Program-made: the position numbers and the translations under genes
Notes under the pieces: generated by a model
What the model saw: the letters and a program-made list of their open reading frames with translations, nothing else
Told to the model about the DNA's origin: nothing
Database searches by the model: none
Assembly (NCBI GenBank): GCA_050258995.1
Contig: JBLMZU010000542.1
Coordinates: 1-36,243, forward strand
Length of the DNA: 36,243 bases
From: Bacteroidota bacterium
Lineage (GTDB): Bacteria; Chloroflexota; Anaerolineae; Anaerolineales; Villigracilaceae
Direction of reading: 5' to 3'
In this document: in pieces, positions 36,243 to 36,243 of the stretch
Layout of the letters: every line of letters starts with the position of its first letter
How positions within the stretch are numbered: position 1 is the stretch's first letter

Positions 36243-36243
36243 G

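Noticed and set aside
1-36243. CRISPR arrays, tRNA/rRNA genes, transposases, prophage or defence genes
   Set aside because: No repeat-spacer periodicity, RNA-gene signatures or matching protein motifs were seen; intergenic space is small.

Overview
GC-rich bacterial chromosomal segment. Gene content (DUF2298/YYY membrane proteins, extended rpmH, short YidC, gene order) points to Chloroflexota, probably Anaerolineae; this is an inference. All but two of about 31 CDSs lie on the minus strand. From right to left in transcription order: (1) a GT-C-type membrane glycosylation cluster (two DUF2298/YYY proteins, DUF952, a TIGR03663-like protein), then cmk and two PlsC-family acyltransferases; (2) a large orphan multi-TM histidine kinase; (3) a K+ homeostasis module: a truncated KdpD/KdpE-like pair on +, divergent from two tandem KimA-like APC transporters and two TrkA/RCK proteins, with no kdpABC or trkH; (4) rpmH-rnpA-yidD-[BamB-like beta-propeller lipoprotein]-yidC-jag, without dnaA upstream; (5) pfkB-parA-parB-amidohydrolase-HK-HK-RR, in which the first kinase carries a tandem MshEN (c-di-GMP-binding) motif as its only input domain; (6) a small DUF6812-like protein translationally coupled to an orphan CpaF/TadA ATPase; (7) a partial XRE-family regulator with a structured leader. 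No rRNA, tRNA, CRISPR array or intact mobile element was seen. The best candidates for an undescribed system are the MshEN-kinase cascade next to the orphan pilus ATPase, the KdpDE-KimA2-TrkA2 module, and the beta-propeller lipoprotein inside the yidC operon.
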